Shown: piece by piece, positions 13,555-26,270 of the stretch | Numbering within the stretch: the first letter of the stretch is position 1 | Layout: each line of letters opens with the position of its first letter | Assembly (NCBI RefSeq): GCF_018977255.1 | Contig: NW_024704743.1 | Coordinates: 28,522,001 to 28,586,000, forward strand | Direction: 5' to 3' | Length of the DNA: 64,000 nt | From: Callorhinchus milii | Lineage: Eukaryota | Program-made: the position numbers and the translations under genes | The notes under the pieces: generated by a model | Database searches by the model: none | What the model was told of the DNA's origin: nothing | What the model saw: the letters and a program-made list of their open reading frames with translations, nothing else

Positions 13555-13905
13555 GATTACATAGAATATACAGCACAGGTATAGGCCATTCTGCCAAACT
13601 GGTCTATGCCGGTGTTTATGCTCCTGTCCTTCCTCAACTAAGCCTATCAGCATAACCTTCTATTCCTTTCTCCCTCATGTACCTATCTAGATTTCTCTTA
13701 AATGCATCCATGCTATTCGCCTCAACTACTTGTGGCAGCGAGTTCCACATTCCCACTGCTCTCTGGTAAAGAAGTTCTTCTGACTTCGCTATAATTTTAA
13801 AGACCTCTATTAGGTCACTCCTCACCCTTTTCTTTTCAAGAAAAAAGAGTCCACTCTTGTTCGGCCTTTCTTGATCGGTTTAACCTTGCAGTTCGAGTAT
13901 CATCC
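13555..13905 (-). mobile_element. CR1 3' fragment
   Basis: RSDLIEVFKI, WNSLP, FKRNLD. Confidence 0.8.
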
Positions 13906-13974
13906 TTAATGTTTTTTGCTGTTTGTGGGATATTGCAGTGTGCAAATTGTTATATTTTTAGTCAGAATGTGCCG

Positions 13975-16375
13975 ACAACAACAACAACAAAATTACATTT
14001 ATCGAGCCCCTTTCATGTCGGGAGGACATCCCAAAGTGCTGAACAGTCAGGTATCGGGGCCCGAGCATGGGGGAGGGGTGGTGCAGGGATGAGGGAAGGC
14101 AGAGAGGTGGGAGTGAGACCAAAGGCACAGTCAAAGAGAAGGGTCTTGAGACCGGCCTTAAAGGAGGTAAGGGAGGAAGCGAGGTGAAGGGATTGTGGGA
14201 TGGAGTTCCAGAGTGTGGGAGTAGAGAGGCTGAAAGCTCGGCCACCAATGGTAGGGCGGGTCGGACGGAAAACATGGAGCAGGACGGGAAACATGGAGCA
14301 GGCCAGAGCCCGCTGAGCAGGGAGCGGGCAGGTTGGTAGGGAGTCAGCAGGTTAGAGAGGTAGGAGGGGGCAAGGCCATGGATGGCCTTAAGGGTGAGGA
14401 CGAGGATCTTGAACTCGATCGTCTGGGGGATGGGGAGCCAGTGGAGTCGGGCAAGGGTGGGAGTGATGGGGTCATGGCGCCTGGTGCGTGAGAGTACACA
14501 AGCTGCAGATTTGGATGATCTGCAGCTTGTGAAGGGAAGAGTTGGGAAGGCCGATGAGGAGGGAGCTCCCGTAATCAAGCCTTGAGGTGACGAATGCGTG
14601 GGTGAGGGTTTTGGCAGCCTGAGGGGTGAGGCAGTGGCGGAGTCTGGCAATGTTGCGGAGGTGGTGGAAGGCAGTGTCGGTCATGGCGCCGATGTGAGGG
14701 AGAAAGGACAGTTCAGGGTCAAACAAGATACCCAGGTTCCTGACTGGCTTAGTGAGGTTGAGTGTGCAGCCGTGGAGGCTGATGCTGCCAGCGCCTGAGG
14801 TGCGGAGGCGCTGGCGTGAGCCAATCAGGAGGGTCTCGGTCTTGCTGATATTGAGTTGGAGAAAGTTGGCCCTCGTCCAGGACTTGATGTCGGACAGGCA
14901 GTCGGTCAGGACGCCAGTAGTCCTGGAGTTCAGGGTGGAAGCAGGGAGGTAGAGTTCGGTGTTATCCGCATACATGTGGGAATTTACCCCATGTCTGCAG
15001 ATGTCGTCACCAAGGGGGAGCATGTAGAGGGTGAAGAGGAGGGGCCCGAGGACAGAGCCCTGAGGAACACCGCACGAGACAGTGTGGGAGCTGGAGGAGA
15101 AACCGTTTGCCCCGATGAAATGGAGGCAGTATGAACCAGTCAAGGACAGAACCTTGAAGGTTGAGGTGGGAGGAGAGGTGGTGGAGGAGGATTGAGTGGT
15201 CCACGGTGTCAAAGGCGGCGGAGAGGTCAAGGAGTCAGAGGGAACCCTGGTCACACATGGTCAGGATATCGTTTGTGGCCCTGAACAGAGCAGTTTCCGT
15301 GCTGTGGGCAGCACAGAAACCCGATTGGAGGGGTTCATGGAGGGAGTGAGAGGAGAGGAAAGAGCGAAGCTGGGAGGCAACGGCTCTCTCAAGGACCTTG
15401 GATAGGAAAGGGAGGTTTGAGATGGGCCGGAAGCTAGATAGCTGTGACGGGTCAAGGGAAGGTTTCTTCAAGGTGGGGGTGATAGTGGCTGTTTTGAGGG
15501 GGTAAGCAACAATGCCAGATGACAGGGAGAGGTTAATGATGTCGGCGAGTAGTGGGCAAAGAGGTGGAGCTGGGATTCAAGGAGAGGGGTAGGGATGGGG
15601 TCGCGGGAGCATGTGGTGGATTTCATGGAAGTTACCGTGTTGAAGACAGAGGAGAGGGTGACAGGTTCAAAGGTGTGGAAGGAAGGATGCATAATTGTCG
15701 GATGGGTAATTGTGTGGGTTGGGGTAGGGAGGGTGTGGAAGTTGGGAGGGCAGTGGCAGCTGAGCGGATTCCCTTGATTTTTGGACTCGAGGAAGTCCAG
15801 CATTTTCTCGCAGTGAGAGTCATAGGAAAGTATCTGCGAGGCATGTTGGGGAGGGCGGAGGAGCCGGTTAGTGGTGGAGAACAGGAGCCTGGGATTGCCT
15901 TTTGCCTCCAGGATTAACCTGGAATAGAAGGGTGATTTGGCTGAGGCGAGAGCGGAGCGGTAGTTCTTGATGAGGTCCAGCCAGATGTAGTGGTGGACCG
16001 TTAGGCTGGATTTGAGCCAAGTGCGTTCGGCAGCCCACACCTGGGCCTTAAGCAAGCGGAGGTGGCTGGTGAAGCAGAGTGAGGATCGGGAATAGGAGGC
16101 AGTTTGGGAGGTGAGGGGGGCAAGGACATTGAGTGTGGTGGAGAGGGTGCTGTGGAGAAGAGTGAGTGCAGAGAGTGGGTTGTTGCATGAGGTGGGCCAG
16201 AGGGAGAGGAGATTCGGAGTACTCCAGGGCAGCGGAGAGAGATTGCGAAGAGATCTTCTTCCACGGGCGGTAGAATGGTGGTAGGTTTGGAGGTAGTAGG
16301 GAGAGAGATATGGGAGTTGAGGGAGATGAAATGGTGGTCAGAGATGGCCTTGTCAGTGAAGGGGTGAAATTCCAC
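13975..16375 (-). mobile_element. L2-clade LINE, ~2.4 kb, degenerate ORF2
   Basis: RT motifs across frameshifted ORFs 13958-16375; (CAA)n tail. Confidence 0.93.
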
Positions 16376-16399
16376 CAGAGGTTGCAGAGAGGTGAAATT

Positions 16400-16485
16400 A
16401 ATCTTTTGGTGGAGTGTGCTTATAACGAGGAAATCCCTAAATGTTCATGCCACATGGTAGCTACTGATCATCACAGAAGGTGAGT
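16400..16485 (+). other. Candidate non-coding upstream exon of the serpin
   Basis: Perfect AAG|GTGAGT donor after 16479, kB-like GGAAATCCC near 16430, 1.3 kb upstream of the ATG exon. Confidence 0.35.
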
Positions 16486-17811
16486 CCTTGTATTAGATCA
16501 ACCCTTTGCTTTCTTTATTTTCATTTTAACAGTTGGCTTATTTGATCTCAGAATTCTGCTGTCTTGCAGCATCAATGCAGCATCAAACAGTTTCTTAAAT
16601 GATAATAATAATAATCCTTGCATTTGCCTTATCAAGTCTTCGAGTAACGGACAGAACCAAAAGGGTTTAGCAGAGAGAAGGCGGAGAAGGATAGTGTGCT
16701 CGCATAACACTTGAAGGTTGTGACCTTTATGGTTTTAACACAGACCTTATTTAAAACGTGTGTTTAAAATGCGATATCAGTTGCTGTAGTCATTCACTTC
16801 ATGTGGGACATCGTTGTATGCAAATTGGCTGCTGCATTCGCCAAATATTCAGTCACTCCACTGTATAGTATACCTTTTGAAGTGCTTTGAGATGTTCAAT
16901 TGAACAAAATTGCACTGTTGCTGTTGCCTGGGAGCTTTATTAATCCTCGCATTTGATACAGATTTTGGAGAAGGTGGCAACATCACTTGTTTTATTGGCA
17001 AAGCTTATTTACTTTATTTTTGGATTTGAATTAAAAAAAGCCATGTTATTTGTTGATAAGGATATGTTAAGATCTGGTGCTTAGTGACTATGGCTTTTTT
17101 GCGAATGGTCACAAATTAAAACGTGATCCGCGAACTCACTATTGTGACCTAGTTGTGAATTGTACAGCTCAGAAGAGTTTAGAATTTACACTGAAAATAA
17201 TTGAGTGTTAAATAGCAACAACAAATTACACTTATATAACGCCTTTCACGTCGTAAAGACGTCCCAAGGCGTTGCACAGTCAGGGGTTTTTGGACCCAAG
17301 ATGGCAGTTGGTGTCAGGAGGGGCAAAGCAGCAAGGGTGGGAGGCCAAAGACACGGTCGAAGAGGAAAGTCTTTAGACGGGACTTGAAGGAGGCAAGAGA
17401 GGGGGTGAGGCGGAGGGATTACAGGTTTGCGTTTCAGAGTGTGGGGGCAGAGATGCTGAATGCCCGATTGCCAATGGTGCGGTGGGAAGTGCTGGAGACC
17501 TAAAGCAGGCTGGTGACCAACCTACCAATTAGGGCTTTGGCTTGTAGGCTTAACAGGAGCGGAGTGGGATGATTCTTGTCCCCAGTAAACTGGTCAGCCT
17601 TTTCAAGTCCTGCGGATGAGCCAGGTTGACTGTGTTATCAGCAGTGCCCTAGAGTACTGCGGACCCGCCTGGCTCAGGAACCAGACTACCGAGACTGTCA
17701 GAGGGCTGGCATGATTCTGACATTCCGTTGCCAGGCATTTCAACTTGGAGCCGGTTCAGCCAGTTCTCCATGGAGGATGATTATTAATATTTTTTGTTTC
17801 TGACTTTAGTT

Positions 17812-17979
17812 ATGGATCCTCTGAAGGCAGCCATTACCAACTTTTCCCTCGATCTCTTCAAACACCTGAACAAAGCAGATAAAACTGGGAATATCTTTGT
17901 ATCCCCGTTCAGTATCTCAACTGCTCTGGCTATGCTGCTTCTCGGTGCCGAAGGCAATACTGCAGCTCAGATGGTTAAG
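17812..17979 (+). CDS. serpinb1: Serpin coding exon 1 ([16 protein letters not shown]...AQMVK)
   Basis: Acceptor ttag at 17809, ATG at 17812, donor AAG|gtgggt. Confidence 0.92.
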
Positions 17980-20900
17980 GTGGGTGTGCAATGATTTCTG
18001 TTTTGTATATTGTTTTCTTTTGAAAATATTAGAGTTTACATACTTTCTCAGATCTTGGTATAATAGAGTACATGTTGGTTTATAGATCACACAGTGTATC
18101 CAGTGGTATAGCTATGTACAGGGAAGTAAATGCAGTAAAGAACTAGAAAATCATGCAATAATGTATTGGGAGCTGTACCACAGGGAACTGTGCAGCAATA
18201 CACAGAGGTACATGTTAAATTCTTGGGTTTCAGAGGATATCACAGGGTCACAAAGGAGGTTCGAAGAAGACCCTTTGGTCCATTTGAACTCATCCTTCTA
18301 GAACATCCACCCTACTGCCTCCCATTACAGCATCAAGCTTTTTAAAATTGATTTCTGAGTCTTGGCCACAACCACTCTGTCTGGTAACTCTCTGGGTAAA
18401 GAAATGCTTCCAGATGTCTGTCCTGAATAGATAGCTCTGAGACATTATCGTGATTTCACAATGTACCCAGTTTCCTATCTGCCACGTTTATTGCTGCCTC
18501 ACACTGTTTTGACATGGTGAACACGCAGCTTCCTTGGCAAATCCGTGGGGTATACATGCCTCCTATTTTTACTTCCTAAATGCAGGATAATGCATTTGTT
18601 TGTATTCAACTGAATTTGCCAGTCACCAGCCCACGTGCATGCTCTATCAAGCTCTCATTATTGACATCTTGGTGTCTGATCAATAGTTTCCATCTAAATG
18701 TGACTGACTGATCATGCCCACTGTATTGCAAACAAAATCCTTCCTCTCAACAATTAATCACTATAAAAAAGCGGTGCCTTTTTAAACCTGATAAACAGTT
18801 AATAATGTTATATTTTTACAGAAGTGTGGGTACATTTTGCTGAACACAAACCGTTATATAATGTAAACCTCACATAAGTCGTATCAGTTGGCACCATGTA
18901 TTTAATATGACATGCCACGTATGAGTTATGTCAAACTTGCATATATTATAAACTCTTGAACAGAACTTGGGCAGATGTATGACTTAGGCAGTTATACAAT
19001 TTATACAGATCAGACTTATGCAAGTTTTATTGTATTAAAAAGGGAAAATATTCCAAGTTGAAAGTGGGGAGTACGAAAATTTTTATCAGGCTTACTTGAT
19101 TAATTGTGTGTTTTTTCATGTCTGTAGGTGCTTCATTTTAATAAAGTGAAGGACATTCATTCAGAATTTCAGGCACTGCAGTCTGACATTGTCAAATTCA
19201 GTGCTCCGTGTCACGTGAAACTGGCGAATCGTCTCTACGGGGAGGAAAACATCACCCTGCACTCTGTAAGAAAAATTAATGTGTAAGAAGGATTAATCTG
19301 CAGCATTTTAAATGTAAATGCTTCAACTATTTTCAAATGCAAAGATCATTATTATTTCTTACAATGAACTATATACTTATTGATTGTCTAAAACATCGAA
19401 CACGCATCATTCACTAACACTGGTGAGTGTTCTGCTTCCCTTGATAATCTGAGTTGTTTCAGAGCACAATCTCACTAAATTCTTTTATTTTCCTTCCCTA
19501 AACCCTTATCCTTATTATTCATTGTTGCTAAATTTCTCCTGTCACTGTTCTTCCTCTGCATTTCCATGTGCTCTCTCCAAGGGAATTCGCTCCGCGGTCA
19601 CTTCTCCTCCAACATCCACCAACTCCCCACCCCCTCACTCCCACACTCCGACTGCTACCCATCCTCCCCTACTCACTTTTGTACCCGTTTCCCCATCCTC
19701 TGTCACCAAACTCATCCTATCCCTGAAACCAACCACCTGCTCCCTTGACCCCATCCCCACTCCACTCCTTATCTCCCAGCTCCACTTTCTTGCCCCACAT
19801 ATCACCGACATCGTCAACCTGTCCCTCTCCTCTGGCTCTGTCCCCATTCCCTTAAAAACTGCCACCATCACGCCCACCTTGAAAAAACCCTCCCTTGATG
19901 CGTCGCAGCTATCAAGCTACCGGCCCATCTCCAACCTCCCCTTTCTCTCCAAGGTCCTGGAAAGAGTTGTCGCCTCCCAACTGCGCTCTTTCCTTTCCAC
20001 CCATTCACTTTTCGAACCCCTTCAGTCAGGTTTCCGTGCTGCCCATAGCACAGAAACTGCCCTGGTCAAGGTCACCAATGATATCCTGACCATCTGTGAC
20101 CAGGGCTCCCTCTGCCTCCTCGTCCTCCTCGACCTATCGGCAGCATTCGATACGGTCGACCACGCTATCCTACTCCACCGCTTGTCCTCCCACCTCAACC
20201 TTCAAGGCACTGTCCTTGAGTGGTTTAGGTCGTACCTTTCTCACCGTCTTCACTTTGTCTCTACAAATGGCTTCTCCTCCACCCCCCGCAATGTCTCATG
20301 CGGTGTCCCTCAGGGCTCTGTCCTCGGTCCCCTCCTCTTCACCCTCTACATGCTCCCCCTCGGTGACATCATCCGCAGACATGGAGTTAACTTCCACATG
20401 TATGCGGATGACACCCAACTCTACCTTTCCTCCTCTACTCTCAACTCCACGACCACTGATGTCCTGACAGCCTGTCTGACATCGAGTCCTGGACAAGAGA
20501 CAACTTTCTTCAGCTTAACGTGCGAAAAACCGAGGCCCTCCTGATTGGCTCACGTCAGCGCCTCCGCACCTCAGGCGCTGACACCATCAGCATCCAAGGC
20601 TGCACTCTCCACCTCTCAAAGCCAGTCAGGAACCTCGGCGTTCTGTTCGACCCTGAGCTGTCCTTTCTCCCTCACATCCGCACCACAACTGGCACCGCCT
20701 TCCATCACCTCCGGAACATCGCCAGACTACGGCACTACCTCACCCCTCACGCTGCTGAAACCCTGGTCCACGCCTTTGTCACCTCAAGGCTGGACTATGG
20801 GAACTCTCTCCTCGCCGGCCTTCCCGCCCTCCCTCCACAAGCTGCAGGTCATTCAGAACTCTGCAGCTCGTGTACTGTCCCGCACCAGGCTTCGCGACCA

Positions 20901-23900
20901 CATCACTCCCACCCTCGCTCACCTCCACTGGCTCCCCATCCCCCAGAGGATCGAATTCAAGATCCTCATCCTCACCTATAAGGCCATCCACGGCCTTGCT
21001 CCCTCCTACCTCTCTGACCTACCTACCTGCCCGTACCCTCCGTTCCTCCGGCTCCGGTCTGCTCCACGTCCCCCGCCCCAATCGCCCTACCATCGGTGGT
21101 CGGGCCTTCAGTCTCTCAGCCCCCAGGCTCTGGAACTCTATCCCCCAGTGCCTTCGCCGCTTCCTCCCTCTCCTCCTTCAAGGCCGGTCTCAAAACCTTT
21201 CTCTTTGACCGAGCCTTCAGCCCCCCTCTCGACTCTCTTCCCCCTCCTCGCTCCCTCCCTTCCCTCCCCTCACCCTGACCATTTCCCCCCTGCTCGGGTC
21301 CTGACCCAACTGTGCAGCGCATTGGGACGTCCTCCTGACGTGAAAGGCGCTTTATAAATGGAATCTTGTTGTTGTTGTTGTTGTGCTCTGATCTTTGCAA
21401 TGCATGACGTTTGCCTCTCTACTGGTTCTACAGAAATACTTGGAGTCCACTTTAAAATTCTATCAGGCAGAATTTGGCGTTGTCGATTTTCCAGATAGAG
21501 CAGAAGAAGCCAGATCGCAGATCAATTCCTGGGTGGAGGAGCAGACTGAGGGTAAAATACCTTTAACAGTTAGTGGACACAAGATTGTCTACACTTTATG
21601 GCTGTTCTATTCCAAAAACTGATGTGCTAGAGTCTCTCATAACTTGTATTACATTAATTTGCGTCCAAAAATGTTTTCCTTTTTAACAAAGATGTTGTAT
21701 GTATTGCTTCAAATTAGGTAAAATCCCAAACTTGTTGGCTCAAGGAATGATCGATCAATTCACCAAACTTGTCCTCGTGAATGCCATCTACTTCAAAGGG
21801 AGATGGACAAAGAGTTTTGATAAAGAAGACACTGAGGAAAGGCTATTCTTCATCAGCAAGGTGCTGGAAGCCAAGAGGAAACATTTAGGAAACATTTTAT
21901 TTTCATTTATTACTTTATTATTAATGAGAGATTTTGAAAAAAAACTTTTTTTCAGGATGATTCCAAGACCGTGAATATGATGAGCCTGAAAGGAACATTT
22001 AACGTGGCTTATGTCGAGGAGCTTGAAACCCAAATCCTAGAGATCCCTTATGCTGAGAACAAACTGAGTATGTTCATCTTGTTGCCAGATTCCATCAATG
22101 ATAACTCTACTGGACTAGAAAAGGTACTGATATACAACAACAACAACAACAAGATTCCGGTTTTGAGACCGGCCTTGAAGGAGGAGAGGGAGGAAGCAAG
22201 GCGAAGGCACTGGGGGATGGAGTTCCAGAGCCTGGGGGCTGAAGGCCCGACCACCGATGGTAGGGCGATTGGGGCGGGGGACGTGGAGCAGACCGGAGCC
22301 GGAGGAACAGAGGGTACGGGCGGGTAGGTAGGGGGATATTAGGTCAGAGAGGTAGGAGGGAGCAAGGCCGTGGATGGCCTTATAGGTGAGGATGAGGATC
22401 TTGAAATCAATCCTCTGGGGGATGGGGAGCCAGTGGAGGCGAGCGAGGGTGGGTGTGATATGGTCCCGAAGCCTGGTGCGGGACAGTACATGAGCTGCAG
22501 AGCTCTGAATGACCTGCAGTTTGTGGAGGGAGGTGGCGGGAAGGACGGCGAGGAGAGAGTTCCCGTAGTCCAGCCTTGAGGTGACAAAGGCGTGGACCAG
22601 GGTTTTAGCAGCGTGAGGGGTGAGGTAGTGCCATAGTCTGGCGATGTTCTGGAGGTGATGGAAGGCGGTGCCAGTTGTGGTGCGGATGTGAGGGAGAAAG
22701 GACAGCTCAGGGTCGAACAAAACGCCGAGGTTCCTGACTGGCTTTGAGAGGTGGAGAGTGCAGCCTTGGATGCTGATGGTGTCGGCGCCTGAGGTGCGGA
22801 GGCGCTGACGTGAGCCAATCAGGAGGGCCTCGGTTTTTCACACGTTGAGCTGAAGAAAGTTGTCTCTCGTCCAGGACTCGATGTCGGACAGGCTGTCAGG
22901 ACATCGGTGGTCGTGGAGTTGAGAGTAGAGGAGGAAAGGTAGAGTTGGGTGTCATCCGCATACATGTGGAAGTTAACTCCATGTCTGCGGATGATGTCAC
23001 CAAGGGGGAGCATATAGAGGGTGAAGAGGAGGGGACCGAGGACAGAGCCCTGAGGGACACCACATGAGACAGTGCGGGGGGTGGAGGAGAAGCCATTTGT
23101 AGAGACAAAGTGAAGATGGTGAGAAAGGTACGACCTAAACCACTCAAGGACAGTGCCTTGAAGGTTGAGGTGGGAGGACAAGCGGTGGAGTAGGATAGCG
23201 TGGTCGACCGTATCGAATGCTGCCGATAGGTCGAAGAGGACGAGGAGACAGAGGGAGCCCTGGTCACAGATGGTCAGGATATCATTGGTGACCTTGACCA
23301 GGGCAGTTTCTGTGCTATGGGCAGCACGGAAACCTGACTGAAGGGGTTCGAAAAGTGAATTGGTGGAAAGGAAAGAGCGCAGTTGGGAGGCGACAACTCT
23401 TTCCCGGACCTTGGAGAGAAAGGGGAGGTTGGAGATGGGCCGGTAGCTTGATAGCTGCGACGCATCAAGGGAGGGTTTTTCAGGGTGGGTGTGATGGTGG
23501 CAGTTTTTAAGGGAATGGGGACAGAGCCAGAGGAGAGGGACAGGTTGACGATGTCGGTGATATGTGGGGCAAGAAAGTGGAGCTGGGAGATAAGGAGTGG
23601 AGTGGGGATGGGGTCAAGGGAGCAGGTGGTTGGTTTCAGGGATAGGATGAGTTTGGTGACAGAGGGTGGGGAAACGGGTACAAATGTGAGTAGGGGAGGA
23701 TGGGTAGCAGTCGGAGTGTGGGAGTGAGGGGGTAGGGGGTTGGTGGATGTTGGAGGGGAAGTGACCGCGGAGCGAATTCCCTTGATATAGTAATAATACT
23801 TGCATTTGATAATAGGGCCTATCGTGAAAATGTCTCAATGCACTTCACATGAGTTACGCGTAGTGACTGTATTTCTAGGGGAAAGTGGCAGCCAATTTGT

Positions 23901-26270
23901 TCACAGCCATAAAGTGAATGACCAGATTTTATCTGTGGGCTTATGATTCAGAGGCAAGAGGTACTGACTATCGTAACAAATTGATCCAGGCTGACACCAA
24001 CATATAATAATAAATCGTAGTCCTTGTAACTAATGAAAGAAGTTATAGTGTACTGTGACTTTTAGGAGTCAAGCATGTTGTGCATTGTAATGTAGGAATG
24101 TTGGAAAACATGAATAGGAGGTCATTGAATCCATCAGTTTATTAGATCTTGGCAGTGGGGCAGAGCAAGTTAAATATTAACCATAAAACCATCATTTTGG
24201 ATGGGTTCTTAAAGGCAAGTGGAGGGGAGGTGGAGAATCAAGGGAAAGCAAAATATTCTCCTGTGCTTAGAAAATGGCATGGTTACAAACTAAATTTATC
24301 TTTTTAAGAAAATAGTTTCCATTCTGAGGATCACTTGGAGCAACCTCCTGAGCTTGACTGTTCTCATAATATGAGGGAATCTAAACCAGTAGTGTGTTTT
24401 CCTCTGGCCAGGAGACTCTCTATCAGCTCCCTGAATATAATTGACATTTACATAGCGCCTTTCATCTCAGGAGGACATCTCAAGGCGCTAAACAACAATG
24501 GTTTGGCATCTAAGCTGGGGGTGGGAGCCAAGAGGGGGTGAGGTGGAGAAAGATGACTGAAAAGCACAATCAGAGGAAGGTCTTGAGACAGACCTTGAAT
24601 GAGGTGAGGGATAGGATGAAAGCCTGCCTGCCTGAATCCCCACCAATAATAAGGGATTTAGTTCAACTGTCTTGTCGGGGGTCGAGGAGAAACTTTGCAG
24701 CTCTTTTCCTCATGTGATTTCAAATAACTTGTGAGTACATGGTTAAAATTCAAACTCCAAAGCGTTGCCTGCTAGGGAACTCTTGCCCCCTTTGCCGTTG
24801 GTCCTCTCTGCCCCGAGCTGTCCGATCTGCTGACTTTCTTTTAATATTCTACTTGGTCATCATCCGCTGAAATTCTTCCCTTATCAAAAGGAAGAACATC
24901 ACCCTTGATTGTTTAGGTAATTATATAGATGGAATCTGTTTAAACAGAATTGGGTGTTTACTTTCAGTTTTAATGTGACTCGCCCACAATGCTTTCCTCT
25001 TGGAAAGCAGCTCGGGAGGGATTGTTTTTCTACAGGGCGGGAAAGGAAGTAAACACAGTCCGCAAGCAATGAATGATGTGGCACCAAAAATGAATTGAGG
25101 TTCTTGAACAGAGGCTGTAATTCCTCATCAGTAGCTGTTCTGTCATTAAGTGGCTGCTGTGACATTTAATTCTATTTGACCCTGGGTGCTGATAAGGTGA
25201 CATCAGTACCACAAGACCTTTGTACCTGGTGTTCACTCAAAGCTTTGAATCTTATAGTCATGCACTCCTATCGGTCATCATCATCCAGCACTGAAAAGAG
25301 TGCAGGTTAATGCTTTCTGTATGGCAGGATGACAGGTATTTGCTGATAAATAACTTGCAGATGACAAGGCAAGAAAAGCTGACACAGGTTTGCCTACAAA
25401 AACAGTCACAATTCTAAACATTAAATACTGTAATTTGCTTTGAGATGTTTCAAAATAAGTTATTCTAAAATTACAAGATTGAAAGAATGCATTTAAGCAA
25501 GAGTTATAATAATAATCTTTGCATGTGATATAGGGCCTTATCGTGTTGGTGTCAATGGCTAAAGTGCTTCACAGGAGTCAACAAGGTCAAAGAGTTATAT
25601 AAATAAATACAAGCTTCGAGACATCTCAAAGACGTGATAAGGTGCTATATCAGATGCAAGGATTATTATATTAATAATTGATTATGCATGAAACACAACA
25701 GTACTTAAGATTTTCTGTCGCTCGAGGGAAAGCCCTGCAAAGTTTCTCCTTGTACTGAGTCCCTTATTGGTGGGGATTCAGACAGGCGGGCTTCTGTAAC
25801 GGTAAATTAAACTTGTAAAATCATGTGCTCTGTTTAATGAATGTTACCATTTCCCCCCTTTCCATTAGCTTGAGAAGAGCCTCACGTTCGATAAATTGCT
25901 GAAATGGACGAGTGCGGAAAGCTTGAGTTCCTCCACAGTGAATGTTTATCTGCCCAGATTCAAGCTGGAGGAAAGCTATGATCTGCAGGCCACACTGTCC
26001 AGTATGGGAATGTCAGATGTATTTGATGGTGCGAAAGCTGATTTCTCAAGAATGACTGGAGAACGGGGTCTCTCACTGACCAAAATTGTTCACAAATCTT
26101 TTATAGAGGTGACTGAAGAGGGGACTGAAGCAGCAGCGAGCACAGGGGCTGTTCTGATGTTCCGTTGCCTCAACTCGGATGAGTTTGTGGCTGATCACCC
26201 TTTTTTATTTTTCATTAGGGAAAGCAAAACCCAAAATATTTTATTTTTTGGCCGATTCTCAATCCCTTAG
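17812..26270 (+). CDS. serpinb1: Clade B (ov-)serpin, SERPINB1/leukocyte elastase inhibitor-like, 6 coding exons, 378 aa
   Basis: Exons 17812-17979, 19128-19265, 21434-21551, 21718-21860, 21956-22123, 25869-26270 (168/138/118/143/168/402 nt = 1137 nt). All introns are GT-AG and the frame is continuous. Motifs: [36 protein letters not shown] hinge, [12 protein letters not shown]. No signal peptide or CD loop. Paralog assignment (B1 vs B6) is uncertain. Confidence 0.93.
18858..19034. mobile_element. Tc1-mariner/Tigger-like MITE, degenerate
   Basis: Imperfect TIRs GTAAACCTCACATAAGTC / GACTTATGCAAGTTTTATTG, TA flanks. Confidence 0.45.
19128..19265 (+). CDS. serpinb1: Serpin coding exon 2 ([15 protein letters not shown]...[15 protein letters not shown])
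   Basis: tgtag acceptor, gtaag donor, LANRLYGE motif; not in the ORF track. Confidence 0.92.
19578..21383 (+). mobile_element. L2-clade LINE, 5'-truncated, RT domain with frameshifts, (TTG)n tail
   Basis: [52 protein letters not shown]. Confidence 0.95.
21434..21551 (+). CDS. serpinb1: Serpin coding exon 3 ([10 protein letters not shown]...[11 protein letters not shown])
   Basis: tacag acceptor, G|gtaaa donor, INSWV motif. Confidence 0.92.
21718..21860 (+). CDS. serpinb1: Serpin coding exon 4 (KIPNLL...[13 protein letters not shown]...FFISK)
   Basis: attag acceptor, AAG|gt donor, serpin signature. Confidence 0.92.
21956..22123 (+). CDS. serpinb1: Serpin coding exon 5 (DDSKTVNMM...LSMFILLP...STGLEK)
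   Basis: tttcag acceptor, AAG|gtact donor. Confidence 0.92.
22133..23784 (-). mobile_element. L2-clade LINE, near-identical inverted copy of 19578-21383
   Basis: Same RT motifs, same 5' end, 3' internal deletion. Confidence 0.95.
25869..26270 (+). CDS. serpinb1: Serpin last coding exon with reactive centre loop
   Basis: Polypyrimidine-tag acceptor; [38 protein letters not shown] stop. Confidence 0.95.
   Translation, partial: LEKSLTFDKLLKWTSAESLSSSTVNVYLPRFKLEESYDLQATLSSMGMSDVFDGAKADFSRMTGERGLSLTKIVHKSFIEVTEEGTEAAASTGAVLMFRCLNSDEFVADHPFLFFIRESKTQNILFFGRFSIP

Noticed and set aside
19522..20544. 340-aa reverse transcriptase as an active gene
   Set aside because: 5'-truncated, frameshifted L2 fragment without endonuclease or ORF1
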